DNA of 64,000 nucleotides from Dehalococcoidia bacterium (GCA_965219085.1 OZ244720.1:1248001-1312000), one strand, 5' to 3'. Shown: positions 47,826 through 58,240, numbered from the stretch's first letter. Notes: generated by a model not told the origin, from the letters alone. Numbers and translations are program-made.

Positions 47826-48500
47826 TTAGTAGGTCGAGACGTCCATCTCGGTGAGCTCTCCGGTGACGGTGAACACCACGCGCTCGGCGATGTTCGTGGT
47901 GCGGTCGGCGATGCGCTCGAGGTTGTGCGAGACCCACAGCAGGTGCGTGCATGGCTCCACCGTCGTGGGGTCCGCGATCATGATCTGCACGAGGTCGTGG
48001 TAGACGCGGTCCTGTAGCTCGTCGACGCCGTCGTCGGCCTCGCCCACGCGGTGCGCGGCTTCGACGTCGCGCTCCACGAACGCGTCGAGGGAGTTGCCGA
48101 GCATCGCGCGGGCGCGCACCGCCATCTCCGGGATGTCGACCAGCGGCTTCACCAGCGGCTCGTTCGACATCATCTGCACGATCGCGCCGATGCCCTTCGC
48201 GTGGTCGCCCATGCGCTCGAGGTCGATGTTGATCGAGAGGACGGAGATGACGACGCGCAGATCGACGGCCATCGGCGCCTGCTGGGCGAGCAGGGTCAGC
48301 GCCTGCTGGTCGATCTCGTAGCGCGTGCGGTTGACCTCGGCGTCGTCGCGAATCACCGCGTCGGCGAGCACGGTGTCGCGCTCGACGAGCGCCTGCATCG
48401 CGCGCTCGATCTGCCGGTCCACCATCGAGCCCATCTCGATGACGCGATCCTGGAGGTGGACCAGGTCGGTTCGGAAGTGTTCACGCGGCATGCGGACCAT
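47826..48500 (-). CDS. phoU: Phosphate regulator PhoU
   Basis: QQAPMAVDLR, DLERMGDHA, LERIAD. Confidence 0.92.
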   Translation of the reverse strand: MVRMPREHFRTDLVHLQDRVIEMGSMVDRQIERAMQALVERDTVLADAVIRDDAEVNRTRYEIDQQALTLLAQQAPMAVDLRVVISVLSINIDLERMGDHAKGIGAIVQMMSNEPLVKPLVDIPEMAVRARAMLGNSLDAFVERDVEAAHRVGEADDGVDELQDRVYHDLVQIMIADPTTVEPCTHLLWVSHNLERIADRTTNIAERVVFTVTGELTEMDVSTY

Positions 48501-48575
48501 GATTCAGGGTAACCACTTCTGCAAGGCCTGCTCGCCTCCGCCCGGGGAGGGCGCCGAGCCGGACATCGCTCGGGG

Positions 48576-49457
48576 CTAGCCGAAACGACCGGTGATGTAC
48601 TGCTCGGTCCGCTCGTCGTGCGGGTTGAGGAAGATCTGGTCGGTGTCCTCGAACTCGACAAGGCGACCGACCAGGTCGTCACCCGCAAGCAGGAACGCGG
48701 TGCGGTGCGAGACGCGCGCTGCCTGCTGCATGTTGTGCGTCACGACGACGATCGTGTAGTCGCTCGCGAGGTCCTCCATGAGGTCCTCGATGCGCTGGGT
48801 CGCGATCGGGTCGAGCGCGGAGCACGGCTCGTCCATGAGCACGATCTCCGGGTTGACCGCGATCGCCCGCGCGATGCACAGCCGCTGCTGCTGACCGCCC
48901 GAGAGCGCGAGGCCGGACTTCTTGAGGTCGTCCTTGACCTCGTCCCAGAGCGCCGCGCGCCGCAGCGACTCCTCGACCAGGCCGTCCAGGTCGCCCTTGA
49001 AGCCGTTGATCCGGGCTCCGAACGCGACGTTGTCGTAGATCGACTTCGGGAACGGGTTGGGGCGCTGGAAGACCATCCCGACCACGCGCCGCACGTCCGG
49101 GGGGTCGACCTCCGGCCCGTATACGTCCTGGCCGTCGATAGTGACCTCGCCCTCGATGGTCACGCCATCGATGAGGTCGTTCATGCGGTTGATGCAGCGC
49201 AGGAGCGTGCTCTTGCCGCAGCCCGAGGGGCCGATCAGCGCCGTCACGCGGTTGCGCGGGATGTCGAGCGATACATTCCCCAGCGCCTGGTGCGAGCCGT
49301 ACCAGACGCTGAGGTTGCGAATCTCGACCGCCGGCATGGCCGTCGCGCCGTCCTCAACGCCCTTCGGCTGGAACGTCACGCCCGCCGTGGCCGCTCCGAC
49401 GCCACTCGCGGTCGGAGTCGCAGTCTGTTCAGTTCCGTCCGTCACGCTATCGACCAT
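48576..49457 (-). CDS. pstB: Phosphate ABC ATPase
   Basis: [34 protein letters not shown]. Confidence 0.95.
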   Translation of the reverse strand: MVDSVTDGTEQTATPTASGVGAATAGVTFQPKGVEDGATAMPAVEIRNLSVWYGSHQALGNVSLDIPRNRVTALIGPSGCGKSTLLRCINRMNDLIDGVTIEGEVTIDGQDVYGPEVDPPDVRRVVGMVFQRPNPFPKSIYDNVAFGARINGFKGDLDGLVEESLRRAALWDEVKDDLKKSGLALSGGQQQRLCIARAIAVNPEIVLMDEPCSALDPIATQRIEDLMEDLASDYTIVVVTHNMQQAARVSHRTAFLLAGDDLVGRLVEFEDTDQIFLNPHDERTEQYITGRFG

Positions 49458-49492
49458 CCTTCACCGCCTTCTGCAGTGTCACGTGCATTGCA

Positions 49493-50416
49493 TCAGCGCC
49501 CATAGCGGCGTCCTGTCCACTGCCGCAGGAACACGGCGAGTGCGTTCATCGAGAGCAGCACGACCAGCAGCACGATGATTCCCGTCGCGGCGAGGTCGTG
49601 GAAGTCGGCCTGTGGCCGGCTCACCCAGTTGTAGATCTGGATCGGCATGACCGTGAACGGGTCGAGTGGGGTCTCGGGCCGGAAGGCCACGAACGTCAGC
49701 GCCCCAATCATGATCAGCGGCGCCGTCTCGCCGATCGCGCGCGAGAGCGCGAGGATCGTGCCCGTCATGATGCCGGGGAACGCCTGCGGCAGCACGTGGT
49801 GCCAGACCGTCTGCCAGCGCGTCGCGCCGACGCCGTACGACGCCTCGCGCAGCGACGGCGGCACGGCCTTGATCGACTCCTGCGCCGCCACGATCACGAT
49901 CGGCAGGATGAGCAGCGCCATCGTCGCGGCTCCGGCGAGGATCGAGCGGCCGAGGCCGCCGCCCACGCTCGGGCCGATGCCGATGGTGCCTCGCACGAAG
50001 ATCTGGAGCCCGAGCAGCCCGAACACGATCGACGGCACCCCGGCGAGGTTTGAGATGTTGACCTGGATGATCCGCGTGACGACGTTCTTCGATGCGTACT
50101 CCTCCAGGTAGATCGCCGCGCCCACGCCGATCGGGAAGGCGAGGACCGCCGTCGTGCCGATGAGCCAGAGGCTGCCCCACAGCGCGGACTGGAAGCCGGC
50201 CCGCTCGGGGAAGCGCGACGGGAAGTTCTGCAGGAACTCCCAGCGCAGGAAGTGGTTGCCGTCCGTCCACACATCGAAGAGCAGGAACGCCAGGAAGACG
50301 ATGCCGACGATCGTCCCGGCCATGCAGAGAGCGAGGAACCCGCTGCCGACAGTCTGCCGGAATGACAGCCGCGGGACATAGCTGTCGCCGGTCGCGGTCG
50401 TGTTTCCGGCGGCCAC
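49493..50416 (-). CDS. pstA: Phosphate ABC permease
   Basis: [20 protein letters not shown]. Confidence 0.92.
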   Translation of the reverse strand: MAAGNTTATGDSYVPRLSFRQTVGSGFLALCMAGTIVGIVFLAFLLFDVWTDGNHFLRWEFLQNFPSRFPERAGFQSALWGSLWLIGTTAVLAFPIGVGAAIYLEEYASKNVVTRIIQVNISNLAGVPSIVFGLLGLQIFVRGTIGIGPSVGGGLGRSILAGAATMALLILPIVIVAAQESIKAVPPSLREASYGVGATRWQTVWHHVLPQAFPGIMTGTILALSRAIGETAPLIMIGALTFVAFRPETPLDPFTVMPIQIYNWVSRPQADFHDLAATGIIVLLVVLLSMNALAVFLRQWTGRRYGR

Positions 50417-51351
50417 TAGTCGTAGACCTCCCGGAAGCGCGCGGTGACCCGGGCTGCGATGACGTTCATGACCAGCGTCATCACGAAGAGCGTCAGCGCC
50501 ACCGCGAAGATCGTCCGGAACTCAATCGTCCCGTGCGGCGTATCGCCGAGCGAGACCTGCACGATGAACGCCGTCATCGTCTGGATCGACTCCAGCGGGT
50601 TCCACGTCAGGTTCGGCGTCGACCCCGCGGCGATGGTGACCGCCATGGTCTCGCCGACCGCGCGCGAGGCGGCGAGGATATACGAGGCGATGACGCCGCT
50701 CAGTGCCGCCGGGTAGACGACGCGCGTGGTCACCTCGAACTTCGTCGAGCCGACGGCGTAGGCGGCCTCGCGCAGGTCCTGCGGCACCGCGTGCAGCGCG
50801 TCGTCGGAGAGCGAGGAGACCATCGGGATGGTCATGATGCCGACGACGATCATGGCGGCCGCGGCGTTGAAGATCGTCGGCTCAGCGAACGTGTCGAGGA
50901 ACGGCGTGACGGCGGTGAGGGCGAAGTAGCCGTACACCACCGTCGGGATGCCCGCGAGGATCTCGAGGATCGGCTTCAGCACCGCGCGCACGCCGGGGCG
51001 GGCGAACTCCGAGAGGTAGATCGCCGTCACGCTGCCGATCGGCACGGAAATCAGCGAGGCGCCGATGGCCACCATCAGCGTGCCGCCGATGAGCGGCAGC
51101 ACGCCGAATGCCTGGTTCGTGTACAGCGGGGTCCACTTCGTGCCCGTGAAGAACTCCCACGGGGAGACGTCACCGAAGAACTGCAACCCCTCGATCACGA
51201 GGATGGCGACGATGCCCATCGTCGTCAGCACGGTAATCGCCGCGCACAGGAACAGCGCGTAGCCGATTGCCTGTTCCAACAGCCGGCGGCCACGCCGGCG
51301 CTGGAACAGCGCCGCCTGCGGCCCGCCTGCTGCTGCCGGTCCGGCAGCCAT
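50416..51351 (-). CDS. pstC: Phosphate ABC permease
   Basis: YLSEF, IPTVVYG, RAVGETM. Confidence 0.92.
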   Translation of the reverse strand: MAAGPAAAGGPQAALFQRRRGRRLLEQAIGYALFLCAAITVLTTMGIVAILVIEGLQFFGDVSPWEFFTGTKWTPLYTNQAFGVLPLIGGTLMVAIGASLISVPIGSVTAIYLSEFARPGVRAVLKPILEILAGIPTVVYGYFALTAVTPFLDTFAEPTIFNAAAAMIVVGIMTIPMVSSLSDDALHAVPQDLREAAYAVGSTKFEVTTRVVYPAALSGVIASYILAASRAVGETMAVTIAAGSTPNLTWNPLESIQTMTAFIVQVSLGDTPHGTIEFRTIFAVALTLFVMTLVMNVIAARVTARFREVYD

Positions 51352-51381
51352 CAGTCGCGTTCTCCTCGCTCGCGTCCGCCC

Positions 51382-52362
51382 CTAGCCGCCGATGGCGGCT
51401 TCGAGGCTGGCGCGGGACTCGGCCAGTTCACTGCCCACGATGGGGGTGTAGCCAACGTCGGACACGAGGGCGATCCCCTCGTCGCTGAGGAAGAACCGCA
51501 CGAACTCGCGCACCTGCGGCTTCTCGGCCAGCGATGCGGTGTTCACGTAGATGAACAGCGGCCGCGCCAACGGATAGCTGCCGCCCGCGACCGTCTCGTC
51601 CGACGGAATCACGCAGCCCTCGCCGCCGTCGACCGCGACGACCTTCAGCTTGTCCTGGTTCTCCGTGTAGTAGGCGTACCCGAAGTAGCCCGCTGCGTGG
51701 TCCGTGCCGGAGATGCCGGTCACCAGCACGTTGTCGTCCGTCGAGTTGGTGTAGTCGGCGCGCGACGCGCCGCCCTCGCCGTTCACTTCCTCGGTGAAGA
51801 AGTCGAACGTGCCGGAGTCGGTGTCGGGGCCGAACAGCGTGACCTGCTCGCTCGGCCAGCTCGAGCGGACCTGGTTCCAGGAGGTCACGCTGCCCTCGGA
51901 GTCGGGGCTCCACAGCGTGCTCAGTTCGTCCATCGTGATGCACTCGACGAAGTCGGCCTCGGGGTGCGCCACCACGGCCAGACCGTCGAGGCCGACGCGC
52001 AGCGGCAGGTACTCGATGCCCGCCTCGGCGCAGGCTTCCACTTCGCTGTCCTTGATGGGGCGCGAGGCGTCGGAGATGTCCGTCTCGCCGCTACAGAACT
52101 TCTGGAAGCCGCCGCCGGTGCCGGAGACGCCGACCGTCACGCGCACGTCCGGCGCGACGGAGCGGAACTCCTCGGCGACCGCCTCGGTCACCGGGAACAC
52201 CGTGCTCGAACCGTCGATGGCGACCGAGCCGGAGAGCTTCTCTTCCGCTGGAGCCTGCGTGGTCGGACCGTCATCGTCACCGCCGCACGCCACGACCAAT
52301 AGCGTCGCGGCCACGACCAGCCCTGCGAGGGAGAACAGTCCCCGCGCGCGCTTCCAATCCAT
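51382..52362 (-). CDS. pstS: Phosphate-binding lipoprotein
   Basis: Lipobox VVAC, DGSSTVFP, GTGGG, SGTFDFF, YPLARPLF. Confidence 0.92.
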   Translation of the reverse strand: MDWKRARGLFSLAGLVVAATLLVVACGGDDDGPTTQAPAEEKLSGSVAIDGSSTVFPVTEAVAEEFRSVAPDVRVTVGVSGTGGGFQKFCSGETDISDASRPIKDSEVEACAEAGIEYLPLRVGLDGLAVVAHPEADFVECITMDELSTLWSPDSEGSVTSWNQVRSSWPSEQVTLFGPDTDSGTFDFFTEEVNGEGGASRADYTNSTDDNVLVTGISGTDHAAGYFGYAYYTENQDKLKVVAVDGGEGCVIPSDETVAGGSYPLARPLFIYVNTASLAEKPQVREFVRFFLSDEGIALVSDVGYTPIVGSELAESRASLEAAIGG

Positions 52363-52473
52363 CAGCGTGTCACCTTCCACCAGGCGCGTTCATGCGCCCG
52401 CCGGCTGCGCGGTGGCGTGCCCCTGCTCGCCTGATCGTCGAGATTCCGCCATATGGCGATGCTCAGACGCTGG

Positions 52474-52496
52474 AGTTAAGGCGCGATTAACGTGAG
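52474..52496 (-). promoter_or_regulatory. Putative PHO box
   Basis: GTTAAT/CTTAAC direct repeats at an 11-bp period upstream of pstS. Confidence 0.45.
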
Positions 52497-52507
52497 ACGC
52501 GGGCCGG

Positions 52508-53506
52508 TCAGTCGTCGCGCAACGGCGCGGCCATCGGGTTGAAGCACGCCACCATGTGGCCGGGCTCCAGCGGCGAGAGCCGCGGCGCCGGCTCGATCCG
52601 GCACTGCGCGACCGCCTTCGGGCAGCGCTCGAGGAACGGGCACTCCTCGGGCAGGTCGGCGAGGTCCGGCGGCTGGCCGCGCATCGGCTGCAGCCGGCGC
52701 TCCCGGCGCTGGATGCCGGGCAGGCTCGACAGCAAGCCGTACGTGTACGGGTGCTTCGGCGTACGGAAGATCGACCGCACGTCCGTCGTCTCCACCACCT
52801 CGCCCGCGTAGACCACGGCGACGCGGTCCGCGAGGCGCGCGACGACGCCGAAGTCGTGCGTGATCAGCAGCACCGCGACATCCTGGTTGTCGCGCAGCTC
52901 CTCGAGGAACGTGAGGGTGGTGTCCCGGATCGCGGCGTCCAGGGAGGCGGTCGGCTCGTCCGCGATGATGACGCGCGGCTGCAGCGCAGTCGCCATCGCG
53001 ATCATGACGCGCTGCGCCATCCCGCCCGAGAGCTGGTGCGAGAACGACTTGGCGACATCGCGCGGACGAGGCAGGAAGCGTCCGAGCACCTCGATCCCTC
53101 GCTCGTACGCCTCGCCCTTCTCGACGCCGTGCGCGCTGAACACCTCGGCCACCTGATCGCCGATACGCAACGTGGGGGTGAGTGCGGCCTGCGGGTCCTG
53201 GAAGATCATCGAGATCTCGGCCCCGCGAATCTCGCGCAGCGCCTGCTCGTCCTCGAACGGCACGGGTGCGCCGTCGTACTCGACCGAGCCGCCATCGATC
53301 GTGGCGTTCGAGGGCAGCAACCCGAGCAGTGCGAGGGCGATCGAGGTTTTGCCGGACCCGGACTCGCCCACGAGCGCGAGCGTCTCGCCGGGGTACAGCT
53401 CGAAGCTGACATTGCGGACGGCGTGGACGAGCTCATCCTCCGTCTGGTAGGCGGCACTCAGCCCGCTCATGCGGACGATGGGTTCACGACGCAACTGAGA
53501 TGTGAC
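52508..53506 (-). CDS. Oligopeptide/dipeptide ABC ATPase (OppD-like)
   Basis: GESGSGKT, FQDP, LSGGMAQR, HPYT, C-terminal Cys motif. Confidence 0.88.
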   Translation of the reverse strand, partial: VTSQLRREPIVRMSGLSAAYQTEDELVHAVRNVSFELYPGETLALVGESGSGKTSIALALLGLLPSNATIDGGSVEYDGAPVPFEDEQALREIRGAEISMIFQDPQAALTPTLRIGDQVAEVFSAHGVEKGEAYERGIEVLGRFLPRPRDVAKSFSHQLSGGMAQRVMIAMATALQPRVIIADEPTASLDAAIRDTTLTFLEELRDNQDVAVLLITHDFGVVARLADRVAVVYAGEVVETTDVRSIFRTPKHPYTYGLLSSLPGIQRRERRLQPMRGQPPDLADLPEECPFLERCPKAVAQCRIEPAPRLSPLEPGHMVACFNPMAAPLRDD

Positions 53507-53545
53507 GGTGAACCTCCCCCGGTACACCGCGGGTGAGCAGACAGC

Positions 53546-54673
53546 CTAGCGCATCTCCGCCGGGTCGAGCCCCCGCTCCGTGCACCACTCGGCGTAGGCG
53601 GACGGCAGGATCTCGGACGGCTTGATCTCGCTGCGGCCGCCCCAGAACACGTTCGTGTAGCCCACCTCGATGCCCGCCTCCGCGAGATGCACGTCGATGG
53701 CGGCCTTGTGGTCCAGCAGGAGCTGCTTGTCGGTGCCGTGCGCGACGCCCATGACGTTGACGTGGCGGAACTCCGGCCCGCCCTCGCGCCAGTAGGCGTG
53801 TGTCATCACGTGGTGGCGGCCGACCTCGCGCCCCGCGTCGATCTCCCGCCCCGTCGGGACGGACCAGTGGAAGAGCGCGTTGTAGCGCGTCACCGGCGCG
53901 GCCCCCGCCACACGCTTCACGTGCTCGAGGAACGTCGAGAAGCGCCCGAGCACGCCGCGCTCCCCGAGCGCTTCGGCGGCCTCGTAGAAGCCGTCGAGGC
54001 TCATGCCCGCCTCGGCTGCCCGCGGCGCCCACAGGTCCGGCGTGAGCTCGTCGGGCGCGAACTCGCGCTTGAGCGAGGCGATCACGCGCCACTGCTGCTC
54101 GCTGAGCTCCTCGATCTCCGTGTCGATGACGGCAGCGGGCTCGTCGATGCGGCTGCCGGGTTCGACGCCGCGGCGCCGGACGTGGCCCACGCCGAGCGCG
54201 AACAGCCGCTTCGCCGGCATCAGCCGGAAGTGGTCGGCGCCCACGCGGCCGGCGAGGTGCTCGCAGTGCCGGCCGAGCGAGTAGCCGACCGGCACCTTGA
54301 GCGTGGTCCACAGCCGGTACTTCGAGCCGGGCGTCACGGCGTCCGTCGTGCGGATCACGACGTGCCCGGAGAACGGGTCCTCGCGGAACATGAAGTCGAA
54401 CGCCTCGTGGAGGCGGTCCTCGGGCACCTGCCATGCGACGAGCGCGCCCGGCGCGAGCTTGTTCACGAGCAGCGTCTGGCGCACGCGACGGATCACGCCG
54501 GCTTCTACCATCGCCCGGATGCGCTCGATGACGACCGGCAACTCGACGCCGGACTGCGCGGCGATCTCGCCGAGCGGGTCGCGCTGGAAGCCGCGGATGC
54601 GGTCCTCGGAGACCGCGAGGATCGCGGCGTTTGTCGGGTCGTCGACCGCGACGGGGACGGTGTCCGTCGTCAT
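53546..54673 (-). CDS. Lrp/AsnC-like fused siroheme decarboxylase (AhbA/B, NirDL-like)
   Basis: Two HTH plus AsnC-like halves; ALVAWQVP, THAYWR. Confidence 0.6.
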   Translation of the reverse strand: MTTDTVPVAVDDPTNAAILAVSEDRIRGFQRDPLGEIAAQSGVELPVVIERIRAMVEAGVIRRVRQTLLVNKLAPGALVAWQVPEDRLHEAFDFMFREDPFSGHVVIRTTDAVTPGSKYRLWTTLKVPVGYSLGRHCEHLAGRVGADHFRLMPAKRLFALGVGHVRRRGVEPGSRIDEPAAVIDTEIEELSEQQWRVIASLKREFAPDELTPDLWAPRAAEAGMSLDGFYEAAEALGERGVLGRFSTFLEHVKRVAGAAPVTRYNALFHWSVPTGREIDAGREVGRHHVMTHAYWREGGPEFRHVNVMGVAHGTDKQLLLDHKAAIDVHLAEAGIEVGYTNVFWGGRSEIKPSEILPSAYAEWCTERGLDPAEMR

Positions 54674-54981
54674 GGGCTTGCCGCCGCTCGGTCGGTCGCC
54701 GGGACCTGCCACGCCTCCATCGACGAGACGATCGAGTCGTCGCGGAGTGCGCGGACCACGGCCTGAGTGTGGTCGTGCGCCATGTGCTCGTCGAGCGCCT
54801 CGCGCGACGCCCACTCCTCCAGTAGCACGAACTTGAGCGGGTCGCCCGGGTGGAGGTAGAGCTCGAAGCGGTCGACGGTCGGCTCCTGCGACGCGGCCGC
54901 GGCGTCGGTCCGCAGCACGTCCAGCAGCGCCTCGCGGCCCTCGGCGGTGGCGGTGATCAGCACCGTCGTGCGGATGCTCAC
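54670..54981 (-). CDS. ABM-family monooxygenase
   Basis: EP..F.LLEEWASREALDEHM. Confidence 0.8.
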   Translation of the reverse strand: MSIRTTVLITATAEGREALLDVLRTDAAAASQEPTVDRFELYLHPGDPLKFVLLEEWASREALDEHMAHDHTQAVVRALRDDSIVSSMEAWQVPATDRAAASP

Positions 54982-55763
54982 GCCGCGCCGTCCGCCGGTA
55001 CCAGGCCGATGTGGGCCGCCAGGTCCTCGACGCTCGTGAGGCGGCGGCAGGTGAACATCGGCGTGTCGCGCTCCGTGTAGCTCGACGACTCCGAGTCGCG
55101 CAGCTCGCGCACGAGCGCGAGGAAGAGACCGGGGTCGTTGCCCTCGAAGGCGACGACGAACTCCTGGTCGTCGAGGCCGTATGAGTACGTTGTGTTGATC
55201 TGGATCTCGTGGTAGCGGTGGCCGACCTGGATGTGCTCGGCCATGATGCGCTGCCGCTCTTCGCCCGGCAGCTTGTACCACTCGCGGTTCTTCACCATCG
55301 GGTACACGAACAGGTAGTCGGCGACGCCGCCGTCCGCGCGCAGCCGGTCGCGCCCGCCAATGCCCTCGTGCAGCGGGTTCGAGTAGACCGACCGCATGGT
55401 CATCGAGAGGAACGAGTGCGGCCGCTCCAGCGCGGCGGCGAGGGGCGAGCCGAGCAGCTCGGCGTGCCAGTCCTGGATCGGCGCGAGCTCGTCGTTGACC
55501 TGCCAGACCAGGAAGTCCGTGTCGGCGCGCGTGCCGACCGTGGAGTAGATGCGCGTGAGCATCGTCGATGCGGAGTGCTCGATCAGGCGTGCGAGCTCGC
55601 CGGCGAGCGCCCGGCGCTCGGCCTCGGGAGCGGAGCGGACCTCGTCACGCAGCCGGTAGAAGCTGAACTTCACGGACTGCACGCCGCGCGGCGAGTGGCG
55701 CTCGCCCGCATCGGCGGTGGCCGGTGCGGCGTAGGTGTGCGGCGGGCGTTCGGTCGTGGTCAT
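54978..55763 (-). CDS. chdC: Coproheme decarboxylase/chlorite dismutase family
   Basis: YPMVK..WY, EHIQVG, SYGLDDQEFVV. Confidence 0.75.
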   Translation of the reverse strand: MTTTERPPHTYAAPATADAGERHSPRGVQSVKFSFYRLRDEVRSAPEAERRALAGELARLIEHSASTMLTRIYSTVGTRADTDFLVWQVNDELAPIQDWHAELLGSPLAAALERPHSFLSMTMRSVYSNPLHEGIGGRDRLRADGGVADYLFVYPMVKNREWYKLPGEERQRIMAEHIQVGHRYHEIQINTTYSYGLDDQEFVVAFEGNDPGLFLALVRELRDSESSSYTERDTPMFTCRRLTSVEDLAAHIGLVPADGAA

Positions 55764-55784
55764 GTGCTCACCCCCCAGGCGGCC

Positions 55785-56801
55785 TTATCGGCGCGCGGGC
55801 TGTGCGGCCTCCTGCTCGCGCGGCAGGCCGTAGTTGTCCTCGTACAGCGCCTCGACGCGGGCGGCGACGTCCGGCGCCACATCGGCGCAGTCAGACACGC
55901 CGACGAACTCCTCGATCTGGTCGCGGCCGTAGATGTTGGGGAAGGTGCTGGCGATGATGTCGTCCTTGAGGATGTAGCGCAGCGCCGCCTGCCCCAGCGT
56001 GCCGCGCGTGGCCTCGGTCAGGAAGTCGAGCTGTTCGATCTTCTTGAGCCCGTTGGTCAGCCACGAGCGCGGGCGGTGGCGGCGATGGTCGTTCTCGTCG
56101 AACACCGTGTCGATCGTGTAGGCGCCCTCGAGCATCCCCGAGGAGTGCGGTACGCGGACGAACAGCGACTTCTGGTGCTCGCGCGCTGCCTCGATGAGCG
56201 CGCGGCCGGGGTCGAGTTCGAGCGCGTTGTAGATGGTGTGCACGATCTCGACGGGCAGCTCGCGGATGGCGTACAGCCCCTCCTCGAGCCAGCCGATGGC
56301 AGGGCCGAGCGCGATGCCGACGGTGCGCACCTTGCCGGCCTCCCGCGCCTTGTCGAGGAACGTCCACACGTCGTCATTGAGCAGGTGCTCCATGCGCGCG
56401 TTGTGGATCTGGTAGCAGTCGATGCGGTCCGTGCCCAGCCGGCGCAGCGAGCCCTCGAGTGCGCGCTCCATGAAGGCCGGCTCGAAGCAGTGCGGCGCCT
56501 CCTGGTGGCCCTCGCGGCGCTGGCCGATCTGCGATTCCCAGTCGTAGCCGAACTTCGTCGCGACGACGATCTCGTCGCGGTCCGCGCCGGGGAACGCCTG
56601 CGCGAGGATCGTCTCGCCGCGGCCGTTGCCGTAGGTGTCGGCGGTGTCAAAGAAGTTCACGCCGCGGTCGAACGCCTGGCGCAGCAGCGTCACCGCCTCG
56701 GTGTCGCTGAAGTTGCCCCACCATCCGGCGGAGACGGTCCAGACGCCGAAGCCGACCTCGGAGACCTCGATGTCGGTGCCTGCGATGGCGCGGTAACGCA
56801 T
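55785..56801 (-). CDS. Aldo/keto reductase
   Basis: FDTADTYG, ATK, SLRRLGTDRID.YQIH. Confidence 0.9.
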   Translation of the reverse strand: MRYRAIAGTDIEVSEVGFGVWTVSAGWWGNFSDTEAVTLLRQAFDRGVNFFDTADTYGNGRGETILAQAFPGADRDEIVVATKFGYDWESQIGQRREGHQEAPHCFEPAFMERALEGSLRRLGTDRIDCYQIHNARMEHLLNDDVWTFLDKAREAGKVRTVGIALGPAIGWLEEGLYAIRELPVEIVHTIYNALELDPGRALIEAAREHQKSLFVRVPHSSGMLEGAYTIDTVFDENDHRRHRPRSWLTNGLKKIEQLDFLTEATRGTLGQAALRYILKDDIIASTFPNIYGRDQIEEFVGVSDCADVAPDVAARVEALYEDNYGLPREQEAAQPARR

Positions 56802-56969
56802 AGGACCCCCCACGTGCCGACCGTCGCGCCAGTATGCGGCGAGCCGCCGTTGCAAGCGCGCGAACGAGGGCGGAACCCGCACGCGAATGCCCGTTTTGCA
56901 CAGGTTCGCGAGGGTTCGACCGGGCTAGCCGTATCATGGCGTCTGAGCCCCCGCGGCAGGAGCCGTCCG

Positions 56970-57428
56970 ATGTCCGAGACCCCCCGGATCGACCTCTCAC
57001 CGGCCGCCCGCGCCGCCGTGCGCGGGCTCGCCGCGCTGTGGGGGCTCGGACTCACCTCGCTCATCGCGGGCGGGGTGGTGTGGTGGCTCGTGCTCGGGCC
57101 CGGTGCGCTCGCCGATCCCGTGCGGAGCGCGATCGCCATCGTTGCCGCGATCGTGCTCGCGGCTCCGGGGCTGCTGCTCCTGCACTTCGAGCGGTCGCTG
57201 CGCCGCGCGGCGCTGATGATCGCCGAGCTCGCGGACCGGAACGCCGCCGGCGAGCGGTTCGACGGGCCACCGGGGTTCTTCTTCCGCTCGATCCGGCTCG
57301 CGATGCGCCGTCGCGGCATCGGGGTGCTCGCAACGCCGTGGTACTGGGCTGCGGCAGCGTGGGGATTCGGCGCCTCCGTGGTGCTCATCCTCGCCGCACT
57401 GGTGCTGGTGGCTGCGGCGGTGTGGTAG
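56970..57428 (+). CDS. Hypothetical membrane protein
   Basis: AGGAG RBS and three hydrophobic helices. Confidence 0.6.
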   Translation: MSETPRIDLSPAARAAVRGLAALWGLGLTSLIAGGVVWWLVLGPGALADPVRSAIAIVAAIVLAAPGLLLLHFERSLRRAALMIAELADRNAAGERFDGPPGFFFRSIRLAMRRRGIGVLATPWYWAAAAWGFGASVVLILAALVLVAAAVW

Positions 57429-57564
57429 GCGCCGACGAGCGGGGCCTCTTCGCGCGTTCCGGTAGCCAATCGAGCCGCGGATCCGGTAGACGTGGTGCAT
57501 CAGGAGTGACTGTTACCGACCCCGCGCGCCTCGGGGCCCCGGTTGAGCGTCCAGCGACCATTCG

Positions 57565-57596
57565 TTGAGCGCACACGTGAGTCAGTTTATACTCAC
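57565..57596 (+). promoter_or_regulatory. Promoter TTGAGC-N17-TATACT overlapped by operator GTGAGT-N8-ACTCAC
   Basis: Canonical spacing; -10 lies 6 nt before ATG 57600; palindrome typical of TA autoregulation. Confidence 0.65.
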
Positions 57597-57599
57597 ACT

Positions 57600-57848
57600 A
57601 TGAGTAAGCGGCTCCAGGTCATGATGCCAGACGACGAGTATCGCGCGGTCGCGGATATCGCGAGGCGCCAGGGGAAGCCCGTGTCGCGCATCGTGCGCGA
57701 CAGCCTCCGCCGCACGGTGGCCGAGGATCTGCAGGTGGCGCCGGAGCAGCGCATCGCCGCGGTGCTGCGCTTTGCGCGGTTTGCCGGCCCGACCGGGGAC
57801 ATCGATCAGTTGCTCTCCGAGATCGAGCGCGGCCGTACGCTCGCATGA
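57600..57848 (+). CDS. RHH antitoxin
   Basis: MSKRLQVMMPDDEY..VSRIVR. Confidence 0.82.
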   Translation: MSKRLQVMMPDDEYRAVADIARRQGKPVSRIVRDSLRRTVAEDLQVAPEQRIAAVLRFARFAGPTGDIDQLLSEIERGRTLA

Positions 57849-58240
57849 TCTATGTCGATTCAAACGTGCCGATGTACCTCGTCGGCGCCGAACACCCACA
57901 CAAGCAGCGCGTCGTGGCCCTCGTCCCGCAGCTCATCTCGGCGCGCGATCAACTCGTCACGAGCGCCGAAACGTTCCGGGAGATTCTGCATCGCTACCGG
58001 GCACTCGGCGACGGTGACCACCTCAGCGCCGCGTACGACGCGCTCGATGCGATGATCTCGATGGTTGCCGATGTGACCAGGGATGACGTCGATCAGGCGC
58101 GCGCCCACTCAGGGCGGTACCCCCGCCTCTCCTCCCGCGACTGTCTGCACCTCGCGGTCATGAACCGCATCGGCTGTAACACCATCTGGAGCTACGATAC
58201 GGGTTTCGATGCAGTGGGCGCGCTCCAGCGCGTCGCCTGA
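57845..58240 (+). CDS. vapC: PIN-domain toxin
   Basis: YVDSNVPMY, EILHRY, RDCLH, SYDTGFD. Confidence 0.88.
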   Translation: MIYVDSNVPMYLVGAEHPHKQRVVALVPQLISARDQLVTSAETFREILHRYRALGDGDHLSAAYDALDAMISMVADVTRDDVDQARAHSGRYPRLSSRDCLHLAVMNRIGCNTIWSYDTGFDAVGALQRVA

